A stretch of DNA of 64,000 nt from Rhynchobatus australiae (lineage: Eukaryota): NCBI GenBank assembly GCA_034780895.1, contig JAUZTB010000072.1:8289476-8353475 (forward strand), read 5' to 3'. This document shows, piece by piece, positions 37,605 to 51,010 of this stretch (position 1 is its first letter; each line of letters starts with the position of its first letter). The notes under the pieces were generated by a model that saw only the letters and a list, made by a program, of their open reading frames with translations, had not been told where the DNA came from and made no database searches. The position numbers and the translations under genes are program-made.

Positions 37605-38460
37605 TAAGACAGCGGATGCTAGAAATCTAAAATAAAAAACAAATGTGTAAGAAATACTCCGGTCAGGCAGTACCTGTGGAGAGGAAAACAACCAATTAAA
37701 CTCTTCATTAGAACCCAGCATCCACTTAAAATTTCCATTCTTCCCACCTGATCTTTTTCCTTGCTCAGCTTCTATATCCTCATTTCTCCCAATAATTCAT
37801 TGACCTATCAGCTTTAAGCCTTGACAGTCATCTGCTCTGTGGAGGTATTCCATTGAATTTGCCCATTTCCCTGTTCTCCATCAAAATTCTAATGAAACCA
37901 TTACCTTCGTCATCTTAATTCCATCTTCCATTGTATTGCATTCAACATCCTTCAATGCCATTATAAACACCCATTCTCTTCTTTGAACTTTCTGGGGATA
38001 CTGTTTCTAGTCACATCAGCCTATTCCTCAGTCACTCTTAACATTCTTTCCCACAGACCTTTCTATACAAGTTCAGGACATGTATTGCCTGCCCTTCCCA
38101 CCATCTGCGACTCCAAAAATTTCTTCTAGATGAAGCAATTTGCGTACTTTGAATTTAACATGCTATATTCACTGTTTATAATCCATCTCCTCTACACTGG
38201 GGAGGCAGCTTCTGGAAATGAAGTGCAATGTGAACCTGACCATGCCTTATTTTAAATTAGGCACATTTTGCCTTGTGCTCTGTTTTGTCATTTGTTTCCT
38301 GCCCTCCACATTATCTCAGAACCTCCCTTTTGTTATTTCCTTCCATTGCCTACTTTGCACTTGCATATTAACTTGTTATCTCTACATTTTCCCAGTTATG
38401 ATGCAAAGTCAATAACCTGAAACATCAACTCTCTCCACAGATGCTGTCTAACCTACCAAA
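37605..38460 (+). mobile_element. Decayed Penelope-like element with inverted 5' repeat
   Basis: Inverted family tail at 37605-37690; GIY-YIG-like segment (...ctcctctacactggggag, LLY.GE) at ~38130-38205; hammerhead-like atgatgcaaagtcaataacctgaaacatc at ~38398-38428. Confidence 0.6.
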
Positions 38461-38609
38461 TTTGGAGCTCAGACAGGTTACCATTGCACAAAGTGGATCA
38501 TAATTTGGCACACAGCAATTGTGAACACACCTGCCGAATATCACACTGAACGTCCACAGAATCAGAGGGATAAGAGCATGCTATTTGGGCCCTGAAATAA
38601 AATTGAAAT

Positions 38610-38795
38610 CTGGAGGTCAGGCAGCATCTACAGGGAGAGGAAGAGAGTTAATGATTCAGGTCAATGACCCTTCATTAGATCCGGTCATTGATCTGAAATG
38701 TGAACTTTGTTTTTCTCTCTACAGATCCTGCCTGACCTGTTGAGTGTCTCCAGGATTTTCTGTTTTTATTCCAGATTTCCAGCACCTACAGTTTG
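38610..38795. mobile_element. Short palindromic Penelope-derived element
   Basis: aggtcaggcagcatctacagggagag on the left pairs with ctctctacagatcctgcctgacct on the right; the centre lies in the hammerhead-like region. Confidence 0.7.
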
Positions 38796-39085
38796 TTTTC
38801 ACTCCTCTACATAGCCCCTTGTAGCTATTCTATCATTCAATGATATTATTAAATTGAAGATCTGACTCCATATATTTAACTTCTCCCCACAGATTCCTTT
38901 AGTTAAAAACTAGTAATCTCAGATTTAAAAATAACAGCNNNNNNNNNNNNNNNNNNNNNNNNNNNNNNNNNNNNNNNNNNNNNNNNNNNNNNNNNNNNNN
39001 NNNNNNNNNNNNNNNNNNNNNNNNNNNNNNNNNNNNNNNNNNNNNNNNNNNNNNNNNNNNNNNNNNNNNNNNNNNNNNNNNNNNN

Positions 39086-42000
39086 AGGACAATTCCTCCG
39101 TACCTGGGATAATCCCAGTGAACCTTCTGTGAACCACCTCCAATGAAATAATATCTTACCTTAAACAGGGGGCCAAAACTATATGCAGTACTTTAGATGT
39201 GGTATAAGTGCCTTGTACAGTTGCACTATGACTTCCCAGCTATTCTATCCTGTGTACAAAAAGGGCCAACATTCCATTAGACTTCCCCATTACCAGGTGC
39301 ACTTGTCTTCCAGCTGTGTTTCATGGACAAGGACCCCCAAATCCCTTTGAGCTGCAGTTTTCTGAAAATTTTCTCCATTTAACTAATACTGTTCTTTTTT
39401 CCTTCCAAACTGAACAACTTAATTTTTTCCAACATTATTTGCCAACTTAACAATAACTTTCTGGAAGCTGTATGTGTCCTCCTTGCCTTCCCATCTATTT
39501 TTGTATCATCTACAAACCTGGTCATCATGCATTCACTTTCTTCCTCCAAATCATTTATATATATTGTAACCAGCACTGATTCCTGTGGTACTTCACTGGT
39601 CACAGGTTGCCAGCCTGAAAATGATACTCTTATCCCTACCTGTTGCTTCCTGCCAGCCAGCCAGTCTTCTATCCATGCTAACATGTTACCTCCAATGACA
39701 TGCAGACTTGTAAATTAATCTTCTGAGAGGCACCTTGTCAAATCCCTTCTGGAAGTCCAAATATACAGTATCTGCCAATCCGGTCGACACTTTCTCAAAA
39801 CAACACTATTAGTCAAACACAATTTTCTGTTCATGAAGGTCTGCCAACCCTGCTCATTTAGATTTTGTTTTTCCAAATGTGCTAATAACCAATAGTGAAG
39901 AAATGCAACATCTCCACTAATTCATGGGAACACATGACCCATGAACACCAATGGCCCATGCACTGGGAGCACAAAGAGGCCCCGTGTAAATTACCCACTA
40001 GCCAGCCCTGTCAGCCACCTCCTACCCCATCGGTGGAAGAGTCTACAGTTCCCACATTGGCCTCATTAGCCAGCTCAGAACTTGGTCATGGATGGAAGCA
40101 GGTCATCCTTATTCCTCCATAGTTCTGTATCATTAAGAGGAAGAAGAATTAACTACAAAATATTTCCAACAACATCCATAAGGAAATTGATGACTACCTG
40201 CTTTTTGCTTCCACCCCTTTTTATGAAGGGGAGTCACTCTGGCAGTTTTTGATCCTCTGGCACTTGCCCAGAATCTAAGGATTTATGGAAGATTACAGCT
40301 AATAAATATTTTGGTAGCCACTTTTATAGGATGCCAACTATTTGAGCCTAGGGACTTATCAGCCTTTCACCTCATTAGTTTGTCTAATACTATTTCTCTA
40401 GCAATGGTGATGGTATTTAATTCCTCACTGGCATCATTAATGGGATGCTCATAGTATCATCTACTTTAAAGACTGATGCATAACATCTATTTAACATCTG
40501 TCATTTTCTCATGCGCCCTAACTACTTCCCTTCCTCTTCCTGTTTATATATATTTAAATAAAATCTTATTGTCCATTTTTATGTTCCTTGCTAGTTTTCC
40601 CCTCAGTTTATTCTATTTTTTTCATCTTTTGCTGGATTCTGAATTATCCCAATCTTCAGGTCAACTACCAACTTTTGCCTCCTTATACATTTTCTCTTTC
40701 AACTTAATATCCTCTTTAACTTGCTTATTTAGTTTTCCCTCGCTCATTTAGAATCTTTCCTTGTTACTGGAATATATTTTTGCTGTGAATCATGAATTAT
40801 CTCCTTAAACATCTGCTTGCCCACCGTCTTTCCCGCTAATCTATAGGCCCTGTCCTCTTTTGTCAACTCTATTCTTGTTTCATTGTAATTGCCCATTTTT
40901 AAGTTAGACAGTTGTTTTGGACACAAATTTCTTGTTCTCAATGGAATACAAAATTCTATGTTATGATCTCTACTTTCCATGAGATCTTTTACTCTGAGGT
41001 AATTTATTAAACCTGCCTCATTATGCATTACAGGCACAGAGTTATCTGCTCCCTGGTTGGCTCCATGATATATTGCTCTAAGAAATTATCCCAAATGGAT
41101 TCTCTGAACTGGTTTTCATAGCTACCCTTCCCACCTCGATTAATCTCATCTACATGAAGATTGAAGTCTCCCATAATGGTACAGCTCTATCCACGTGCCC
41201 CCATTATTTGTTTGTCCAACAGTGTGGCTTCTGTTTGAGAACTTAGACACTTTACCTACCAGTGCCTTCTTTCCCTTGTTGTTTTCACTCCCATCCAAAT
41301 GGACTCAACATTTTCTGACCTTAGCTTCTCTCATAACTGTACTTATTTCATCTTCTATTAACTGCTATTCCACATCTCTTCCTTCCTGTATGATTTTTCA
41401 AATATCCCCTAATATTAAAAATATTTTGGTCATTTCAAAGATCCCCTAATATTAAAAAAGTTCCCAGCTTTGAACCCCTTGCAACCATGTCTCCGCAGTG
41501 GCTATCAGATAATACCGTTTGTGTCTTTATCTTATTATGAATGATTTTTGTATTAAGCTACAAAGGCTTCAGGTTAGCCTTTATCATTTTTACTGTGGTT
41601 CATTCTGTCTCTCACCCTTAATTTTCCTGTTTTATGCTTTTGCATTAAGCTATTCTTTTTCCCTCCCTAATCATCCTGCTAAGGTTCCCAACCCCCAACA
41701 TTCCAGTTTAAAGCCTCCCCAACAGCATTAACAACAATCCCCTGCTAGGACATTGGTCCCTGTCCTGCCTGGGTGTAAGTGGTCCTATTTGTACAGGTCT
41801 CACTTTTCCCAGAACTGATTCCAGTGTCCCAGAAGTCTAAATCTCCCCACCTGCACCATCTCTCCAGCTACGTGGTCATTTGGTCTGTTATCCTGGTTCT
41901 ATACTCATTAGCATGTGACACTGGCACTAAGCCTGACATAACGATCTTTAAGCTTTCTAATTTATCTCCTAAGTCAAATTTATCTTATTGGACATTTATC

Positions 42001-45000
42001 CCTTATCTTACCTATGTTGTTGGCATCATTATGTAGCCGTTTTGCAAGATCCTTGTTCCTAGGACAAGAAAGCAACATGGAGTCATGNNNNNNNNNNNNN
42101 NNNNNNNNNNNNNNNNNNNNNNNNNNNNNNNNNNNNNNNNNNNNNNNNNNNNNNNNNNNNNNNNNNNNNNNNNNNNNNNNNNNNNNNCATGTCTGTGGCT
42201 ATAGAGAAGCTTCTTTGCTCCCCTTACAATGGTATTGCTCATCTCAATAACTCTGCTCTTTTATTCCTCCCCTCCTATGCAGCAGAGCTACTTGGAGTGC
42301 CATATATCTTGTTGCATTCTCTTGAGAAGCCATCTCCCCAACAGAACCAAAACAATATTTGTTTCAGAGGGGATGCCCACTGGGAATGTTTTTGCTTTAC
42401 TTGCCTTAATCCGCTCTGCCTTGTGTTAGTCCTCAAGAAATTTGTTTAGTGGTAGCATAGCTTCTATTTCCTTAGATACAAGGGCCAAAATTCCATTTGC
42501 CATTTTGGTCATTTCAAAGATCCTTGTGTGTGGACTCCCAAATCTGTGGAGATCCACTGCATCTAGACTTCCACCATCCAGGAAGCACTCCATTCTAATC
42601 TTTTGGTCCATTATCAATGACTCCAATTTGCATACAAGAAAAGGAATTTGCCTCAGTTTTGCTCATTTGCTCTATTTATTAGTATGCCTTTATAATTCAC
42701 AGTTTCCACATATTGTTGCCTATCTTTATATCAACAGCAAACCTGGATACATGGATTTCTAACATATCATCTAAAATACTTATAGGTATGGTGAATGATT
42801 GCACACAAATTATTGCACAGTACAACTAGAAACATCTTGCCAGTTTGTGTATTACTCATTTTCTATACTCCATCTCCTACTGTTCAGCCAGTTTTCTAAC
42901 CTGGTCAATAATTTGCATTCAGTTCTGAGCTTCAACTTTAGCTAACAGTCTCTTGAGGGATTTGACTACATGGATTCTGGAAATCCATATCATTATTTTT
43001 AGCACCCTGTCCACTACTTCAGTCACCACTTCCAAGTAATTCTTCAGATTCATCAGACATGACCTACTCTTCATAAATCCTTTCTTCAGGAAACTGAACA
43101 TTTTCAGGGCATACAGTCACGCTGTCTTGAACTGTAGATTTATAGTCATCCCTGACAGATGTTATACTAACTAGATTCCCTGTGACACCATTTTTTTTTA
43201 AAATAGTGCACCTACACAAGTAATTTTCCAACTTAATGGCCTGGTTCCTGAATTGAGAGAACTTCCATTATCTGCAGCAAACAGCTTCTATTATCCATGT
43301 AATCCATTCTTATTTGGCTGGAAGACAGAGATGTTATCTTAAATCGGTATACAAATTAATGTGTCTTTGTACTGAAAAACACAAGCATGGAAGTGCCTGC
43401 TTTTCACAAGGGCTTGATTAAAATCTGCAGTGATGATCGAACCAGATATGATTTTTATATCCACAGTTGGCCCACTATGCCTTATGGCTCTTTTAAAGAA
43501 CTGCACAATGAATCTCTTTTTTTTTGCCATGATCTTATTACATTTTCACCTCTCAACAGGAGCTTGTGTACACAGTTTAACACTACTCTTGAAACTACTT
43601 CCTGCACTTTTTCAGGCAATGCATTCCAGATCATAACACTGTGTACCGTCTCAAAATGTCTGATCCTTTTGTCAATAACATTTTGTTGGTGACCTTTGGT
43701 TATTGATCCTGCTGTTAAAGGTGCTAAGTTGTTAACAACTCTATTAAAGCTCTTCACTTTTCTATTAAATGCCTCCCTTTGCCTTCTCCACTGTCCTGGG
43801 AACAATCTGAGTTTCTTCAGCCTCTCAAAGTCCCTCAGTCCTGGTAGAATCCTTGTTAATTTCAACAGCACTTTTTTTTCCAGCCTTGATATCTTTCGTA
43901 AAGTGCAGTGACCTAAATCAATCTAGCAGAGATCCAATCAGTGTAAGTTCCTTGATCTAGGTTCAGTGCTTTTATAAAGCCAAGAGCTCGGCTGAGTTTT
44001 TTTTAAAGAAAGAATAATCAGCTTTCTCAAACCTGCCATGCTGCTTTCAAGGATCTGTGTATCAATGTCTAAACCTCTTTCTTTCTGCGCCCCCTTTAAA
44101 ATTGCACCACTCATCCATGTTACTAAAACTAATTACTTTGCAGCATTAAATTTATATGTTACATGTCTGCCTCTTTCACCAACCCAACACCTCCTGAAAT
44201 CTATTACTATCCACCTTTAGCATCTTTGCAGAACCCTGGGAAATAAAGTAATATTTCTGTAGCCACCTCCTTTTGGACTGAGGATGCAGGTTAGAGGATA
44301 TAGGTAATATGATAGCTCTTTGCCTCCTTAGCTTATCTTGGACTGTCACTAAAGTGATAGTGTTTCAGGTTCCTCATTCTGTATTACCCCTTAGTTATCC
44401 ACCATTTTTAGTATGCCTTTCATGTCTTCTGTTGTAAAAGCAGATACCAAATATTTGTATAAGATCTCTGCCATTTCTTTGTTCCCCATTGTTAATTTCC
44501 CTGCCATGGTTTCTAAGGGACCATNNNNNNNNNNNNNNNNNNNNNNNNNNNNNNNNNNNNNNNNNNNNNNNNNNNNNNNNNNNNNNNNNNNNNNNNNNNN
44601 NNNNNNNNNNNNNNNNNNNNNNNNTGCCATGGTTTCTAAGGGACCATCATTTACCTTTGAGTTTCCAAAAGGAAGAGAGAAGCAATGATTTAAAAATATA
44701 CATTTCTTGCCATCCTTTGCTGGCTTCTAAAATTCTCCCAAATTTACAGGACTACATTACTCTGTCATTTTATAAACCTTTTCTTTCAATCTAATATCAT
44801 AATTAACCACTTTAAATGAACATCTTTACCTTTGGAGTCTTTATTTTCCAATGGAATATGAATTTTTAACAGAATCTGTAGACTACCCTCACAGTATCTA
44901 CTTCCCTTTGTTATTCCATAAGCTTCACCCAGACTGATTCAACCTACTGACCTTGAGCCAAGGTTCGTTCTCACTACACTCTGAATTGTCATATTGTTAG

Positions 45001-45130
45001 AACTACCTACCCTCCCTTTTCAATGCTGTCAAGAAATGCCAAGGACCTCAGTTCCCAGGCTCTGTTATCTTGCAGCCATATTTCTCTAATGGCTATTAGA
45101 TCAAACCCAATTATCTCTAATTGTGCTACC
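39086..45130 (-). mobile_element. Cluster of nested, decayed CR1/HER1-type LINE fragments
   Basis: RT motifs LAWIEDWL.GRKQ.V...FSGWQPVTSEVPQ.SVL..IYINDL...FVDDTKI (39379-39684), plus DHNIEF, KSRSCLMNL, WNALPEKV and NKEMAEIL.KY.VSAFT.ED pieces; all frameshifted. Confidence 0.85.
39905..40150 (+). mobile_element. RTE/BovB-like LINE 3' fragment inserted in CR1
   Basis: tcccacattggcctcattagccagctcagaac translates SHIGLISQLR, resembling the RTE C-terminal S.IGL.SH motif; ends in an aagaagaa tail. Confidence 0.55.
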
Positions 45131-48100
45131 CATTAATCATTGGCCATTTAGTATTTTATGGACCAACTTGTGATTCTGGCCCATTTGGGAAGATCCCCTT
45201 TCAGTTTAGTGCCGACTGTGATGTTTCAGTCCGGCAATAATACCCAAGCATTACAAAGGAAAGCATCATATATTTTAAAATTATCTAGAGCTGTCATGAA
45301 GTATACTTGACATGTCCCCTACAATGTCACATGCGTATGACTGAAGATGACAAGCTTGCCTTCTTCCTGGTTGAGAGAGAATGATTCAGTAAGTCTCTAA
45401 TCTACTTTGTTACAGACTATAGAGCTAGGGTTCAAATTTTAATAACATACAAGACTTTGTTATTGTATTAACTTTTTGATTTCTTTTTAAGGTTGCTTGG
45501 AAAAAGTTAGTCAAAGCCTATCAATAATAACTGAACACAGTTAAATAGCTTGATAAAGTTCCATGATTTTGTATAAAACGTTAAAGGTCCAATATATACT
45601 TCAAGAGAACCATAGCTATTTGGTCTTTATTAATTACTTCACAAACTTCCAAAACATCTGATAGGTTGACCTGGAAGATCACTGATACTTAGAAAACTTG
45701 CTGATAAAATAACTGTTTAAAAAAAACACAATTGCACTCTACAACTGGAAAGCGGTCTCAAAAACAATCCTTACAAAAAAAGCCCTGAAGCAGCAGCTCT
45801 AAAGTAAGCCTTTAATTCAAATTTCCTTCACTCAATGATTTTCAATTACTGCATTTTATGAAGACACTTCACTGAGTTGTTTGCAAGTTGTGAAAGACAA
45901 TCCACCATTGTGACTGTTCCTACAGCAGATGAATCTCTAACCTGTGGAGCTCTCTTCCAGAACCCCTCTGCTCGACTTCCTTAAAATCCGTCACTTTGAT
46001 AGTCAAAATATCACCTTTCTGGCTTTCAAATTTTGTCTCATTATGTTCCTGTTGAAAGCATCTTAGAATGTTTACTTTAAGAATGTATTGCAAATGAAAT
46101 ATGTTGTTCTCAAAGCACTTTTAACTTACCTCTTCAAACTGAATGGAGANNNNNNNNNCTTCACCTTGAAGCAAAGCTGCTATCATTCAAAACCGATGAA
46201 CAAAATAAAAATCGGGACAATGAGTGGTCACCATTTATCACTGTGGAAGAGCAATTTCTTCACTGAATTTTTAGAATGCTTAGCCATTAGGGTCATTGAT
46301 TAGCTATCAAGTTTATTCAAGGGCAAGATTCTTACACAAAGGAAATCAAGGAGTTTGGGGATAGGGCAGGAAAGGGGAGTTGAGGTTAAGGATCAGCCAT
46401 TATTTTATAGAATGGAGAGGGTATGAGAAGACACTGGCAGCTTCTGCTATTTCTTATGAATCTCATCTGTAACCATCAAATTCGATGGCAAAAGGTTCAC
46501 TTTCTCTTCTCAATCTGGATCCACAAGGTCTTCATCTCTCCATTACGATGATGTGTCAGTGCTCTTATCCGCAAGGACTATCAGCTTACATTTGCATTGG
46601 TGGTCTTCAAGTGAACAGGTCAAAGTCATCTGATGTCAACACTAGAGACTGTCACACTACAGCATGTCTTATACTGATCAACCCCTAAGTAAAGGATAAA
46701 AATTATCAACAATGTGCATATTCCTAGGACCTCCAGCATAAAAACATGTCTCAAGAATTTTCACAAAAAAACCTTATGAAATTCTGCACTGATTGGAGAG
46801 AAATTATTAGGTAAGAAACAAAACATGGAGATTCAGAGAGGAGAAGCCCAAGAAGTTTAGCCTGGAAAGAGGGAAGGAAATGGCAGATATAGTGACAAAG
46901 AATTCATGAGCTGTTTGTATTTCTTGGTGTTGAAAAGAGAAAGTTTTATAATACTGTTTCTTCTGAACAGAGGTGAAACCAAGAGTTACCATTCCATGAT
47001 GATACTGGAATAATTTTGGCAATTGAGTGCAGGACCTTGTGGTGCTATTACAACCAGGTCAAACTAGGTGATTAATGGTTAAACTAATTTTCCTTTACAA
47101 GCATTCAAGTTTGCAAGCTTTGGATTTAAGGCAATGTACTGTAAATGGAGAGCATTCCTGAGCTAAAGACAATGGTGAAAGTGACAGTTTTGTTGGAGAC
47201 AAGAACTCAAGAAAATAGGAGCAGGAGCAGACCACCTGGCCTCTCAAGCCTACCCTACTATTCAGTACAAGTCATATCTGATCTGCTTCAGGCTTCATCT
47301 CTTTTGTGCCAGTTCTCCAAAGCCCTCAATCTCCTGATCTTTCAAAATTTTATCTCCCCTTTAAATATCTCTGGTGATCCAACCTCCACAACCGTCTGGG
47401 GCAGAGAACTCCAGAGATTCATCATCCAAAAGATATGATTCTGCAGACTGATAGTTGGAAAAAAGTCACCACAAATAGAGGTACAAGGTCTAGATAACTG
47501 TGCAAATGACTTTAGAGGCTCTCTGGGGTGAACACAAAGAAATTGTACTGGGAAGAGAATAAATTTGAATGCAATAGCATACAAATGTCCAGAGATGGTC
47601 TTACCTGTGATTGACAGAAGGCAGAAAAAACAAACATGGTGAATTTGAGGGATTGGCCATGAACACCAGTAGTTGGGTGAACGTGAAGGGAAAGGTTATG
47701 GAGGATAGAAGATCAGTGACTCTGAGGAAAGTGGGGAAGATGACTTAAAATGGAGTTTTCACCAAGGGTGAAAAGTTGGGAAGCTGATAGAAGAATGCAA
47801 ATATCAGATGAAAAACACGGCCTTGTGTGAAACTAGAGAAAAAGGATTTTAAAACCAAGATACCCAAAGCAAGTAAACATTCCAGAAGAACAAGGGGGCT
47901 GTTGTGATTATGGGTGTGATTTGGGATACTGGCTGCATTGCCATCAAGGTGGCCTGGATGGAGCAGGTAGTGGAAGATATAGCCAGATGGAAAAACTGCT
48001 TCAAGACAAAAATGTTAACTAAGTTTCCTTCAAGAATATGATATTGATGCAATTATCTATGATAAGTTCACAGACAGCAAGGGCCTTGTTCACAACAGAG

Positions 48101-48689
48101 CAGGCATTCTGGATGAAGATGCAAAGGGGAGTGTAATAGTTGATGTGCTGGCATCCAAAGGGTAGGAGACATCATGTCTCTAGCTTTCGGTGACAAATAA
48201 ATAAAATTCAAAGATCCTTTATGAAACATTACAGAGAAACTTTGATCTCAGTGGTTTCTAGACTGATCCCTTGATTTGGATAACTAATGACATGAAAGTG
48301 GGGAACCTTGGGGAAAAAAAAATCATTAAACACAAGCCATTAAAATGCACTTTCATACTAGTATTTGTTAACTTCCACTATCTTGGTAGTTTATCACTTT
48401 TAAACTCTACTACACTAAAATTTTGAAATCCTACTCTCAATGGTCCAGCTTCATTCAATGCACAGGCAGAAATTCCATGCAAGTGTGTGTCTGGAAAATG
48501 GAGGGTTGCAAATATTTCCTCCTGCAGAGGTAAGTGAGGTAACTACTGACTGGTTATGCAGGTAGAATAAAAATTTGTTAACAAAGAACAACTGGCATTG
48601 AGGTGCTAAAGTCTGACCAACATGATCGAGCTGCTCAATGAAGTAATGTGATTTATAATATAATGTTTTTTGAATGGATTCTCAAAATT

Positions 48690-51010
48690 CATTTGATAAC
48701 AAGTCATGTAATGGATTGATCAATAGAACTGAAACCCAGGATTCAAGGAGCAGTGATACCAGAGATAAGAAATTGCCTAAGAGACAGAGCATAATGAGAA
48801 GAGAGAAATAGTTTATTGGACAGGATTGACATATATAATATTGGGACCACCATACTTGTTGATATATATTTATGACATTGATGTGGGTAGTCAGGGCATC
48901 AAAGTTTGTAAATGACAAAATAACAAAATTTTGATTGTGGGAAGAGTGGAGATTTCAGGACAATGGGCAGGGCTGGCAAGTTGAGCAGGCACCTGTCAGT
49001 ACACATTTAATGCAGAGAAACATTTAATGCACAGGTTTCTAAAATAATTTGGCCCAACAATCATTATATTTGTCAACAGAAAACAGGATTGAAATGCAGA
49101 ATGCATCTTCCACGTATTTGTTTCTAAACTGTTTTTGAAAATAAAGTTGTTACTGTTATAAATGCAGTTTGAATTTATATACGAGTACGTTAAAGTGACC
49201 ACATTAGAAGAGGTTATTTGGCCCACTGTGTCCATGCCAGTGGAGAAAGAACTGCTCAGCCTAGTTCCACATTCAAATGCATAATTAGTCATGCAAATCA
49301 CTGCTCTTCAAGTATCCATCCAAGTTGCTTCTTAAATGTGGGAAGCACTTTCCCTACCAAAGACTCCAGACTCCCAGCATTGGTTGGGTTAATTCCCTTC
49401 CCCAAAATCACACCTCTAATCCTTCTACCAATTATTTTAAACTTTGACTCTTGGCTTTTGACCTTTCTGCAAAGGGAAATAGGCCCTCCTTACTCTGAGG
49501 CCCCCTGTAATCTTAGCACCTCAATTAAATCTCTCCTACGCCTCCTATCTTCCAAAAAAAATTTCAGCCCATCTCATCTTTGCTCATGGCCGAAATATTC
49601 CAGTGCCGACAAAAAAGCCTCAAATTTGTTCTCATGCAACCACATCCTTCTTTTCATGTGGTCAAGGTTGTCTAATAGCATTGAATAGTAGTTCTAGCAA
49701 ATCCTCTCTGCTCTTGTATTTTCTGCCTCAGCTATTAGAAAGGTAATCATCCCATGTGCCTTTTTAACTAGTTTCTTGACTTCTGCTACCACTAAAGATC
49801 TGTGGACGTACACTCCAAGGCCCCCTCATCCCTCCGCACCCATCAGTGTCCCCACTCCATTTATATATTTTCTTGCATCTCCCCAAATGCATTATCTCAC
49901 ACTTCTCTGGATTGAAATCGATTTGTCATTATTCTGCCCCACTGATCAGATCAACTAAATTTTCTGGAGTTAAAATTCTTACATACTTTGGAAACTTATC
50001 ATGCCCCTTACATTTGTCTAGAACATTAATAGTCTCCAAAAATTGAGGGATGAACAATTGAGCCCTGTGGAATCACATGGTTAACAGCCTTCCAGTTACA
50101 AAACACCCATCAACCTCGAGTTCCTGCCATCAAACCATTAGCAGTTCTAATTTGGCTCTACATCCAAGGGGGAGTGTCAAGAATTATGCAGCAGAGAAAC
50201 AGGCCCTTCAGCCCAACTTGTCCATGCTAAGGTGCCTACCAGAGCTGGTCCCATTTGCCCATGTATGGCCCATATCGCTCTAAACTTTTCCTAGCCACGT
50301 ACTTGTCCAAATGTCTTTTAAACATGTAATTTAACCTGTTTCTACCACTTCCTCGGGCAGTTCGTTCCCTATACCTACCATCCTGTATGGAAAAAGGTGC
50401 TCCTCCAGGACCCTTTAAATCTCTGCCCTCTGGTTTTAGACTCCCCTCCCCTTTAGAAAGACTATCTACCCCATTTATGCCCCTCATGGTCTTACCTCTA
50501 AAGTCACCCCTCAGCTTCCTTCACTCCAAGGAAAATAGCCCCAGCCTATCCAGCCTCTCCTTTTAAATCAAGCCCTCCAATCCCAGTAACACCCTTGTGA
50601 ATCTTTTCAGCACCCTCTCTAGCTGAATCACACTCTTCCTGTAGCATGAAGGCCAGAACTGCCCACAATATTCCAGGTGTGGTTTCACCAATGTTCTATA
50701 CAGCTGCAACATTCCTTTGCCCACTTTCATGATATTGTGGGCTGTTATTTCTTTGATTGGCTGATCATGCAGGACCTTGTCAAAAGCTTTGCTGAAATCC
50801 ATGTCGACCCCAAACACACCATCCTCATTGACTCGTTACCTTCTCAAAAAAATCTATCGTTAGTCACAAGCTTCCCTTAACAAATCTGTCCTGCCACTGA
50901 TTAATCTGTGCCTTTCTAAACTGAACATTGATATTGTCTCTCAGAATTGATTGTAATTATTTGCTTACCACTGCAGTTAAACTAACCGGCCCACAATTAC
51001 TCAGTTTCTT
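48690..51010. mobile_element. CR1/HER1-type LINE fragments, mostly minus strand
   Basis: MDFSKAFDKV.H and LYRTLVKPHLEYCGQFW.P.YRK.V..LERV.KRFTR (50563-50817); HER1-like 3' tail at ~50170-50300. Confidence 0.85.
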
